Below are positions 40,411-51,900 of a stretch of DNA of 64,000 nt, piece by piece. Position numbers and translations under genes: made by a program. The notes below the pieces were generated by a model, which was given only the letters and a program-made list of their open reading frames with translations, did no database searches and had not been told where the DNA came from. The stretch spans positions 310,001 to 374,000 of the forward strand of contig JASANG010003494.1 in assembly GCA_030248215.1 (NCBI GenBank). The letters are read 5' to 3'. Numbering within the stretch: the stretch's first letter is position 1; each line of letters starts with the position of its first letter. Source of the DNA: Enoplolaimus lenunculus (lineage: Eukaryota).

Positions 40411-40936
40411 CAATATGTGTATAATGCTGTTCCGCCCTTGTTCTTTGCATTGGCCTAAGTTAGTGTTAAATGCTTTCAAGCATACACAACACAGTGTTAC
40501 CTATCATAGTTAATGCGGTTTGGCTATTATATCGAAATAAACTTCGTAGGAGAAACGGTCGATTATGGTTCCAGGTCAAATTAAACGAAGATCTGTCTAC
40601 GCTACCTCCAGTAAAATCGACCTTGGCTTGCGAAATTTTTTGTATTCATAAATTTGTGCCATTAAAGTGAATACGGAGAATATCCTGAGTGTTTGGAAGC
40701 CCGTTTTAGGCGAAAAATATTGCTAAAATTGCGAATTAAATAGGATTTTGTTGAAAACTTACTTTTACTTTGGGACAATTGTACCAAGCCTATAGGTGCT
40801 TGCTTGATGCGTATAGTAGATATATTTAATGCACAAACGACTTTGGTTTGCAAGAAACCGTGTTTACTCAAGCAATTCACTGTCCATATTTTCTTGTCGT
40901 AAATGGGAACTGGTAATTGTAGTATAAAAATATTTC

Positions 40937-41050
40937 TAAGCCTAAAGCGTATGGATGAGGCTATTCCTAAGCCTAAGCAAAAAAATTAGTCTGAAGCTTA
41001 AACTTAGAGCCCCTCGAAAAACGATCCGGCCCTGCTCTACACATGGCCCC
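40937..41050 (-). mobile_element. TTAGGC-bearing dispersed element copy (inverted)
   Basis: Reverse complement closely matches 4906-5035. Confidence 0.75.
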
Positions 41051-41446
41051 TCTTCTGAACTATGTACGTATTCCACTTTGGACAGGAAATACTTTGGTAG
41101 CTAAACTTTGGAATGCGTTCCCTGAAACGCGAACCTATTAAATTTAGGTAGGTTGCTGTTATACACTCCTGCTTCGGTTTTTTTAATCTTCGATTGCGCT
41201 CTGGTTTGAACGTATGCTGCTATCAATGTGTGTCGATTATTTTGATTCAAATGTCAAATTAAACTTCGCTGTACATCCATTGATTTATGAGCTTACAGTT
41301 AATTATTGGTTGAGACTTTAATTGATGTCTTTAGGGGACTTTAATTTATCCGAAAGTCTACGATATAATCCTATTGGCAAATCCAATATCTGCATAGTAC
41401 TACCGCGCAATACACGCATAGCATTTTAAAATTTAATAGCAACATA

Positions 41447-41799
41447 CAGGATGTACCCAGATATCCGTTTCCGGGAAAAATCGGTATCCGTTCCCGTTAC
41501 GGAAATACAGGAAATTGAAATTAGCTTACATTTATGTTTAAAATTAATTATAAATTACGTAAATTTCTGCCAATTTTTCATTACAGATATGCTGCAATTG
41601 TCCCGAACTGAAATAAAAATTACGATATTCATCCATAATCTTAAAATTTTCGGTGTACCCGCCAACTTTTCTTCAAAATTTTAGGAAGCCTGTGAATATT
41701 TGCACGTCTCAATTGTTAGTAGAAAAATATAACCTATTTCAAATTTATATACTTCAGTATCCGTTTAGGTTATTTCGATCACTATCCGTTTACAACCTG
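41447..41799. mobile_element. hAT-type MITE
   Basis: caggatgtaccca ... cgtttacaacctg with TSD gcaacata/gctacata; relatives from ~55478 and ~59495. Confidence 0.75.
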
Positions 41800-42274
41800 G
41801 CTACATAAGATAGACGCCTCTTTAGCTATACACATTGCAACAACACATAACGGCTTCACCATGCCGAATATGCATTGTACACTAGTCAGATAATTATTAC
41901 CGTATGTGCAGAAGGCAATCGCGATTGGCTAATTAAACTACAACTCTAGCCCAATTTTAGTCACTCGACCCGTTTTGCATAAATGTACGAGCTTAAATTT
42001 CGCGACACGGAAGAGGCTTGACGTCTTGCGGACATTTTCCGCAGTGCATTTATTAAACAAAACGCGTTGTGCATATTTTGCATCGACAGTCAGGGCAAGT
42101 ACGCGTTAAAAAGCTTAATGTGTAAAAACTTGCTTTTGCAACTGTACAAAATATTGACAAATCCCGCCTGATTTGTTACTGAAGTGTTTCAGCTCCGGTT
42201 CCGGCAAAATTATGTTGTCCTACTCTGCATTAGACTGAAAGGTCCCTCAGTGTGATAATCTGGAATCTGTAGTC

Positions 42275-45200
42275 CTATGCGACACTTAACGACCGCAACG
42301 CCAGTTCAATACGTTTCTTATCGCCAACTGACAATGGTAAATTGTCAAATTCACCCGGAGTTAACGACAACAATACTGATGAATCAAGCAAATTTTCAGT
42401 TTGCAGTACTTCAATACCAGCATCAGATACTTGTGTAGACTGCAACAACTCGCGAAATGAATCGCCTTGTATTCGTGACGGTGTTTTGCTGCGTTCCTCC
42501 GATGGTGCTAGAATAAAAGAATAGATATTGCAATAAAATCTTAAAATGGATACAACCTGTACTTGCTTGGAGATGTAGTATGTATATGCCAAAAATGAAA
42601 GACTATAACACATGTCCTGTTACTTTAAGAGTCATAGCATTAGCCAAAACCCTATTGCTAAGCCTAAGCCTTTACAAGTTTCAGTGTAATGCTAATCTAA
42701 AGCAAACCTTAACAGTAAATATTGCTCTAAAAACCTTAGTCATCGTTACTGTTGCCGCGCGAAAAATCGGAAAACCCCTAAAAGCAACATGGGCTAGCCA
42801 TACTCTACAGATTACTTTACCAATATCACTTACTTGCAAGCTGATCATTTTGTAGAGCTTCACCGGGGTTTCCTGATGCAGCCTGTGGCGCACGATATGT
42901 ACTCACCGATACGAAAGCGCCTCCGCTTCGCTGTTCGCGTGCCTGCCGGTCACGTTCCGCTTGAAGTTGTAATTTTGATAATTCGTCTTTGTTCAGGCCT
43001 TTATGACAGTCAACAGAAGCACCATTAATCAAATGAAATCGATCGACTGAAAAAATTATACGAGCTGTTGTTGGGCATGTATTACAGTCACAATGTCGTT
43101 CACACGCTAGTGTTAGTGGGCGATGCTTATCCAGCATAAACTTCATTCAATGCTTTTAGTTTCTTATCGCCCGCGATTCGCAAAGACATTGACCACAATT
43201 CAAATGGAAGCGTAGTAATGAAACTTATTGCGTACAAGAACTCATTTTTTAGTTACAAAATTCCAAAATTTAATGGACTCCAAACACTTTAAATATCAAA
43301 CGCAAGCACGGAATAAAATATAAATGTAGCAGTCTGTTAGATTGCCAAAAACATTAAACGAAACTTACGTATCACTTGATCAACAGGGTCATAATCATCG
43401 AAAGTAATGAACGCAAATCCGCGATGCTGTCCTTCTCTGCCATCTGCTGAACGATTCATCTGACACTTGATAACGTGGCCATACCGCGAGAAATATTCAC
43501 TAAAACAACGATGAACATGAAATAATAACCAATATCTCGAGATTCTGTCAAAACTAACTTCCATTTGCATCAAAAAGATTTCAAATCAAACTAGGAAATA
43601 TACGGTTGCAATACACCGCAATTTAAAAGATACACTGTGAATCCAAGTGCACCGCCCGACATTACAAATGTTAAACTAAAGAAACTTTTTATTCTTTCAG
43701 AACTCATTACACTGCTGTTGAACTACCACTGTGCTGTATTACTATTAACATTTTAGTATCTATACCACAACGAGAAAGCAAACACGCCAGTGGTACACAA
43801 CACACCTAGATATTAGTGCTTCTCAATTTTGAGGCGGCAGAACCAGGTAGTGTTTAGTCCTGAACCGAAGCAATAAAGAATGGCATAAGCTTACCGCAAA
43901 TTCTCTTCATTATGAGCTCCTTTTAGCGCACCGACAAACAATTTTGTAACTGTGAACATATTCTTAGGATCATCTGCGGGCAATGCTCGCTTAATTTCTA
44001 CCAGGCGGCCATCCACGGTATGAGGCCGGGCAGCCATGCATTGGCCAATACCAAGCGCATCTGCAAAACGCACAAAGCCAAATCCGCGAGATTTTCCGGT
44101 CGTTTTATCACGAGCGACTGTAGTTGCTATTATCTGCAACGAATCAACTTTCAACAGCACAATAGGTATGTATTTAGTAATAATTAATTGCGAACAGTAA
44201 TAGTCCTTTCTCCGGAATACATGTCACAACAATTAATTTGATTTCTTGTCCGAATTTTAAAAATCATATTTTTGAAAAAATTATTTTAACCGAATATATC
44301 TTTTATGTTCCCGAAAATCAAAATTGTGTAAAGTTATCAAATTTTGTTCATTGACTTCGAAACCACGTTGTAAAAATTACGGTAAAACTGACAATAAAGT
44401 GAACTCAAATCTTATTTCAACTTCAAAACTTAATCGACAAAACAACATCGTACGATAGACCTAACATTTTCAACATTTCAAAACATAAGATTAACTTGAT
44501 TGCACACGCTTGGTCCATATCCAGTCAGACAGGCGCGTTAGCAGCATTTGGCGTCGGTGGATGCTCGCTGCGGGGAGTTTTCCGGATGAGTATTAAGGAA
44601 TTATCGGGAGGGATTCTTAGGTAATTTTTGGGGGATGTCCTGGTCACGCTTATCATAGTGGTTTACAAACAATAAACAAGAGTTGCAACCTGGAGGGTTA
44701 TAAAGATGTTTAAATTAGCGGCTCCGAAGGTGCATAAAGCTATTAAAACATTTTGAAAATGATATTTGACGAAATTGTGTAAAGTCAAATGACACATGTT
44801 AACATATGTCGTTTGGGTGGAGCGATCCGGGATGCGCCCACGCCTGCGTACGCCAATACAGTCTCATAATTTCTTACCGTTCCAAATCTTGAAAAGTATT
44901 CTTTCAACGATTCTTTTGATGTATGTTTCGACATTCCACCGATGAATAAATCATGAAATTGTCTTTGTAGTGGATCGTCTCTCTAAACAGGAAGAAACAG
45001 CCCCAAGTATTATCGAGTGTATATATCACCTATCGTCAGTAAGTGAAACGTATTATAATTCGTTTAAAAACTATTATTTAGCATTCAAAATAACTCAAGC
45101 AATTCCAGTATCTGCATCGCAAAACACTCTGCCATGTGTCACCTCTTAATCATCATAAACGAACTCTTAAGTGAATAGATATTCAGAAAGATTGTATAAA

Positions 45201-47464
45201 TTTTTTGTCAGATCCACAAAGGATACCCTTCCAGAACCCATAATCAGTATCAAATTCTACTTTCAAGACCAATATGCCAAAGATAAAACCTAATAATATT
45301 TTATAATATCTATATTTTGCAGGTCTATTTGATGAAAAAGTTTTATTCTGCATGTTTTTAACAAAGTTTTGTATAACTCGTTCAAACTGAAACCGATTTA
45401 CCTTTGACCCAGCCATAGCCGAGTTTGCATGAGCTTTCGCTCTAGCTCCCGGTTTTTCGACGCGTTTCACCTCGACCATTTTACCATCGATCAAATGTTG
45501 ACTCATTGTGACTGCTGTGTGAACACTGGCTTCGTGTTCAAATGTTAGAATCGCAAAACCACGGGAGCGCCCGGTAGCAACATCGGTACGTACAGAACCT
45601 TCCAACACCTATGAAAAATAAAACCCGCATACCAATCAATAACTACAATTATTAAAAGAATCTCAATAGCGCCCTAGGGTCAATGGTACAACCACAGTAG
45701 ATTCAGTAATTTAAAAACTATTCTATCACGTGCTCCAGTCGTTCAAATTGCGCACGCCTCAGTAATACAACCTCTGAGTACAACACGGCACCAACTTGAA
45801 AAATATCTAACGAAACAAAAATTAAAGTTTGAACAGCGTGTACATTTGGGTATTAATCGTCAAAACTCGACTTACATTTCCAAATTGCGAAAAATACTGT
45901 TTGAGAGACTCGTCGTTTGTTGCTGCCGATAAGCCCCCAATAAATATTTTCAAATCATCCTAAAAAATTCTATAAACAGTCTATATACTAAATCAGCGCA
46001 CTTCACGTAAAATTCTAAATAACGGAAAAATCGGCTACTCAAATTGTAACTTTATTCGTACACATCTCATCTGTAATGCTTACCATGGTCTACTCGTTAT
46101 AGAAACAATACTATGCAAATTGAAACACCGATTTCTTTATATGGTTGCTATAATAGATACTTACAGACATTCGTCGAAATGGCTTTACGTCGATTTTCTG
46201 TCCTGTCAAAAAATGTGGAACGCTTGCAAGAATAAGATCTACAGAGGCTTTGTTTGTCATTTCCACGGATCCAAATCCCATACTGTGACCTGTTTCATTG
46301 ATCTTTAAGCTCACGTGAACTACCTAAACATATTCAAATTTACTGGTAATTCCGCGGCATCTGCTGACACAGGTTTATACAAATTAATGGTTTACGGGTG
46401 AATCTACAGTTTTTAAATATATATCTTGAGACATCATCACTCTGCATAGTTGAAAGTTTATCTAGGATAACACAGCATTAAAGTTTATATATACGTAGCA
46501 GGGTTCCACTGGAATCCCTGTTCCTGTTGTTGTTGCGGCGTTGAAAGACACAGGAACATGAATTTTTAGAGTTTTGTGGCAAAATACTAAAAATAAGCTT
46601 AAAGATTAAAAATTTCCATCTAAAAATTTGCTAAAGCTCAGCTTCTTTTCCCAACTTGTGTTTCATCTGCACAGTTCTCATAGTTTCCAGTAATCTATGC
46701 AGTCTTTGTAGAACTTAGCATATTTTATTTTTATTTATACTCAATCAGCAATAATTCGGCAGTACGCTATGTTTGCAATTCCTGTTCCGGTTCCTGTTCT
46801 GATGAAAAATAAATTCCTGTTGTTCCTTCTTTCTGCGAATTGTGCATAGTTCCTGTTGAAATCCTGGAACGTAGTATCAAAATAATTAAGAATAAATTAT
46901 ATACTGCATAAACAACCACACTATTATCTAAAGGTTAACATTTCAAGTGTACAGTTATGTATTACATAACCGCTGCAGCGTAGGTCGACAATCTTGATAC
47001 ACGAAATTATTCTAGTTGAGCTATTTAACTTACCTCGCCGAAATTAGCAAAATATGACTGGACAGCGACAGCACTCGCAGAAGGTGGTAACCCTCCGATG
47101 AACACTTTGTTTTCCTCATTCTAAAAATCAATTGAAGTACCAAAAATATTTGTGTATTTGCAAAATTGGAAACGACATGCCAAACTATATAAGTGTTTTA
47201 GGGTCATCTGCGGTTCTGCCAATCGACAACAGGAACCAAAACAGAAAACAACAGGAACCAAAACAGAAACAGATGTAGCTTTAACTACTGATCCCTTATA
47301 ATAGTATCCACTAAATTGAGAACTGCGCAACAAAAATTGAAAAGCGCAAGAAAGGTAGGTAACAAACCTGTTGTATGAATAACTGCCCTTATCACCTAAG
47401 TGTTAAATAAATTATATACGTGCAAGAATTAACTATAATTATATACGGCTTTAAAGCATACCAT
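42275..47464 (-). CDS. hnRNP A1/HRP-1-related RNA-binding protein with four RRMs and a C-terminal SAM-like domain; 10 exons, ~486 aa
   Basis: Minus-strand exons 47464-47462 (aaaaATG|gtatgc), 47120-47034, 46323-46165, 45959-45876, 45608-45402, 44982-44878, 44133-43895, 43499-43369, 43046-42834, 42507-42275 (1461 nt). RNP2/RNP1 pairs: KVFIGGL/MGFGSVEM, KIFIGGL/RGFAILTF, DLFIGGM/RGFGFVRF, KLFVGAL/RGFAFITFDDYDPVD. HLINGASVDCHKGLNKDE is hnRNP A/B-type. The last exon has a SAM-like pattern ending LPLSVGDKKRIELAL. Confidence 0.88.
46499..46866. mobile_element. hAT-type MITE (CAGGGTTCCA family)
   Basis: cagggttccac ... gttgaaatcctg, flanks atacgtag/gaacgtag. Confidence 0.65.
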
Positions 47465-48944
47465 TTTTCCCGTTGTATTAATATTACAGCGTGACAATAT
47501 GTGTAATAAGTAAGTAAAATCTTTGAGCCTAAAACTAAAGACAAATCAAACTAGATGCAATTTGCGAAGCCTAGATAAAATATTTCTTATTAGTTTCTGT
47601 TCTCTAACCTATGTCTGTACTCAATTAGTCGAAAAACTTATTAACCGATTACTCTCTTAACTTGTACAGTCTTCCAGCTTCTCCAGTTTGTGTTCAAATC
47701 ACTAGCTATATATTTACGCTGCAATACAATTAAAACCTGCAATAAACTTAAGTTCACCAATGTATGAAGCCAAGATGTATAGCGGCTTTCTCCACTCCAC
47801 AGATTCATCGGCCTTGCGACTGCAAAACACATCCATCGGGGGCTGCTTATTTATGAAGCGCATTGCTTATGATTTTAAGCAAGCGCCGTCCATGTCACTC
47901 GCATTTTATTTAAATTTCAAACAAAGAATGCGCTTGACTTTTTTCCAAATTAAAATTTTGTACTAACTGCTGGTACCCCTGTATTTTAGGTTGGGATTTC
48001 AGCACAAAATTATATGGATTAATCCCATATTTTTGGAAAACGGGTTCCGGTTGTACTTTTCCTTAACTACGTTGCTACCGATAGTAGTTAAGTTGGTGTG
48101 CATCGATCTGTGACTACGATAAGATTTTTTCAACGTTCTGTACGAGAAAGCTTGTAACTTTGGGGTAATTACTTTTTGCAATTTAGGATTGTATACTGCG
48201 AAATATTCTCAAAAAACTGTACACTGCAATGTATTATTACCCTACGTGTTGTAAAGTTTTTACACAAAATATGTATGAACCGATGGAGCAAAATGTTTCG
48301 AATGGATGTTATAGCAGTTAGTGCTTTGCGTAAAACTAGATGTGTTTACTATTTGCATTTTCAGTGCTCAGGTTATAGCCGTAAATTCAATTCCCCATGG
48401 AGCGACAAATTTCATGTTTTGGTTGGAGTTTCATTTCACGAAGTGTCGGTTCCAGAAATTCTACAGCTTTGTGGCAACTTTGGTGCCTATGATTGAAAAA
48501 TCTTTGTCACCCTATTACGCCGAACCCCCAATCAAAGAACAGAGTAGCATTGGAATTTTCCTTGAAACCCTCCACCCGAATTTGTCCACGACCCCCGAAT
48601 ATTTGACCGTCCCCCCTGAAAAAAGTGCTTGCTGCGCCTTGTTGATAAGGAGGGGCGGAGAACCCTTAGGTAAAAAATCGAAAAAGATTTTTTGGAACAT
48701 ATGTGACTAAATTATAACTATGTTTGGTATGTACAGATCGCGCAGGAGGGCCGAAGGTTTTGCAATGGTGCTGCGTGTAGTAAATTCATATTATGTATGT
48801 TTGAAATCTCAGTGAGACAAGCATTTTTAAAAAATTACTACAATCGTTGGTTTGCGTAGTGTATATTGTACATATATTTGCCAATGTTGTCTGGTTTTAA
48901 ATGTGATGGCGACGTACGACAAAGTGCTCGTTTATAATATGTAG

Positions 48945-51900
48945 ATGGAACACGAATGTTTCGTGATAAATACGCCGCTGACACTCAGCGAGACCTTCCG
49001 CAAGAAAAACAATCAGTTCGTAGTTCATATCGACGGAGAGTGTTTAATTATCAATCAATGTGTTGATTCAGGTAACCCTTGTTATTACTTTAGTACAATT
49101 TTGCGATATCTATATGTATATGTATGTCGGCGCGAATGTTTCCATTAAGTGTGTAACATCCAGTTCAAGAATGATTGTTATATTATGATTTTAATTTATT
49201 TGCAAAAGCTCTCTGTAGAAACGTCTGTTAAAGTAAAACTATCAGAGAAGATATATACTACCAGAAAGTTTGGTGATTTGTTGCACCATACTTAGCGTGA
49301 CCTGGCTACTTCTATTGCACACTAGCATGCGCTTGGAAACTTTGTTGGAAATTAAAGCGTTACTGTTTAAATTTGTGGTATGAGAATTTGAATATTATAT
49401 ATATTTATATTCTATATTTCAATGCTGTATATAAAGTTTAAAATTTGTTTCATGGATTTAGCAACAATTGTGTATTACCTCCACTGTATTTTTAGTATTC
49501 TCTGAATTTCTGTTTTGAACTTTTCAGGCACAACGTTTCAGAACAAACGAAAAATTCCACTGAATGAGTTACTGGTTGCAAAAGCATCGCAATCCAAACG
49601 CAGTGAATGCGAAGCCTTTCGTTCCACAGTCTTTCATCGACCTCGCCTAAAAACGTCAATTAAAGTTAAAGATGTCAACAACAGCAACAACAATGAAACA
49701 TTGAGCGATGGAACCAAAAAATTTCTGCATTTATATAGGTATATACATCAGTGCGGTAGCCGTAGGCATCTTATTTGTAGAGCATTCAGCACAAAGGTTT
49801 GTTTAGAATCACATTTATATATTTAGAGTAGAACTGTCCTGGTGCCGGGGCCAGCATTTGCCGGGGCCGAAATAGAAGACAATTTATAAATTTTTTGACT
49901 GTTTCACTCGTATCCCATTGTTGTCTATAAAAATTAAATTCAAGCGGTGATTTTAATATCAGCTCTATGATTTCCAAAACAGCATCGTATGTCATGCTGA
50001 CAGTTCAAGCGATTTATCTCGCTTTCTATACGTGTGAATATGTAGTTTTCGAGCGTTTTTATGTCATGGGTCCTTTTTGTTATAGCAAGCACTAATCTTA
50101 GCCCCTGCGACGGCCCTGGGACAGCTCTAATTTAGAGATGTAAAGTGAAAAAAAGCAATACAGAAACTTAAAATAGTTTCGCAAAATGCGTTGAACGCTA
50201 CACTACTGCATTCTCAAACAAAAATACATTATCTATTTATGTATATTATAATTATACATCTAATTGCTGACAATTACGTACTTGTCATTAGGCCTATGTG
50301 TTAACCCGCTTTGTTTTCAAGTAATTAATTTTTTAAATGATAGTACAAGAAACCCCTTTCGAAACTGTTATAGAATGTATTTCCCTTATTGGAAGTCCAG
50401 GTTACGCCCATGCTTACATCGGTTTGCTTGGTTCGAAACTAGTAAAAATCTAAATGAATTGACTTCAAATTTAATACGTTTAATTATTAATTTTGTAAAT
50501 ACTAGATGTCCGGTCACTGCTATATATAATCTTAAAAACTTTTGTGTTCATTTTATTTCAAGTAGATCTTATTTTCAGTATTAAACGTGTACGAAACTTT
50601 TGTTGGACATTAGACTGTTGCGTGTTGGAATCAAATCAATGTGCCCGCAAATCAGCCGCATTAATTAATGACATTTTAAAAGGTGATTAAAATCGGAGCA
50701 AGAGAGATGTATATTGTATGGTTTATGGTAAAATACTGCAATGCTGATGTATGAATTAAAGCCAGCGTTGTCTGCAGTGTTTTCACTTGTAGTTGATGAC
50801 CAATGTGTTAGGTTTTTAAAAACCAATACGTAGTACAATTGACAGGTATGTTTTCTAATTTTAATTTGCTTTTGTTTTAGTAACATTTGAACGACCTCGA
50901 TCGTTATTGGTAATTATTAATCCGTATGGCGGAAAGAAACAAGCGCTGAAGATATTTCGTCGACGAGTTGAACCTATTTTTAGATTATGCCGGATCCAAA
51001 CTCGCGAATTAGGTAAACAGTGTTGATCTAACCAAACGTTCTTTAGGAGCTATATGTTCCACGACGCATAATAGAAATTGTTTCGTTTACATGTTAGTTG
51101 CACTTAATGGTAGTAAGATTCATACTTAGTTTAAAAGTTAAGCACAACTTGGTATATCCGTGTTATCGTTTTGTTTTCAGTCACTCAGTATGCAAATCAC
51201 GCCCGTGAAACATTGCTGAACACTGATTTAGCAGAGGGATTTGATGGGTATGTCAAAAGTTTGAAATAGATGAACTTGTTTTTGTAATAAACCGAATATA
51301 TTGAAAGAAATGTTGGAAACATACCAAAAATGTAAGCGTACCTGATTCGTAATAATACATTTCGATTTATAAGATTTCGTAGTATGTCGCAAATTTTGTT
51401 TTCGTTCCGTTACAAACTTGTAATAGTGTATGATCGTAACCAAATCACAAGAGCAAATATTAAAAGCTTGCCTCGTATAATTATGTTTGCTTCTAATTTA
51501 TCATTTTGTTTGCAGCGTTGTTGTCATTGGAGGCGACGGTATGTTTAGCGAAGTCTTGCATGCGCTTGTGATTCGAGCTCAGAACGCAGCGAGCATTGAT
51601 GTTAATAACTGCGACGCTCAGCTAGTGCCATCTGCTATACGTATTGGCCTTGTTCCGGCGGGTAATAAAACTCGTAATTTCTGTTGAACCGATGTTTTAA
51701 ATACCCTGATTTTACCTATACCGATATATCTGTAGAACACTACATAAGATGGTAATACCAAATACGTCGCGCAAAATAAGTGTGTGGAAAACTTGGAATA
51801 GTGTAGTTTTAGACTTCTTGTTTACGTAACTAAATTTTCAAATTTGAGCTTCGACATCGCGATATCAATGTAGCTTGAGTTGCTAATTCCAGTAACATTG

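Noticed and set aside
48176..48710. Small gene between the RRM gene and CERK
   Set aside because: ORFs have no recognisable motif; more likely a TE remnant or UTR sequence.
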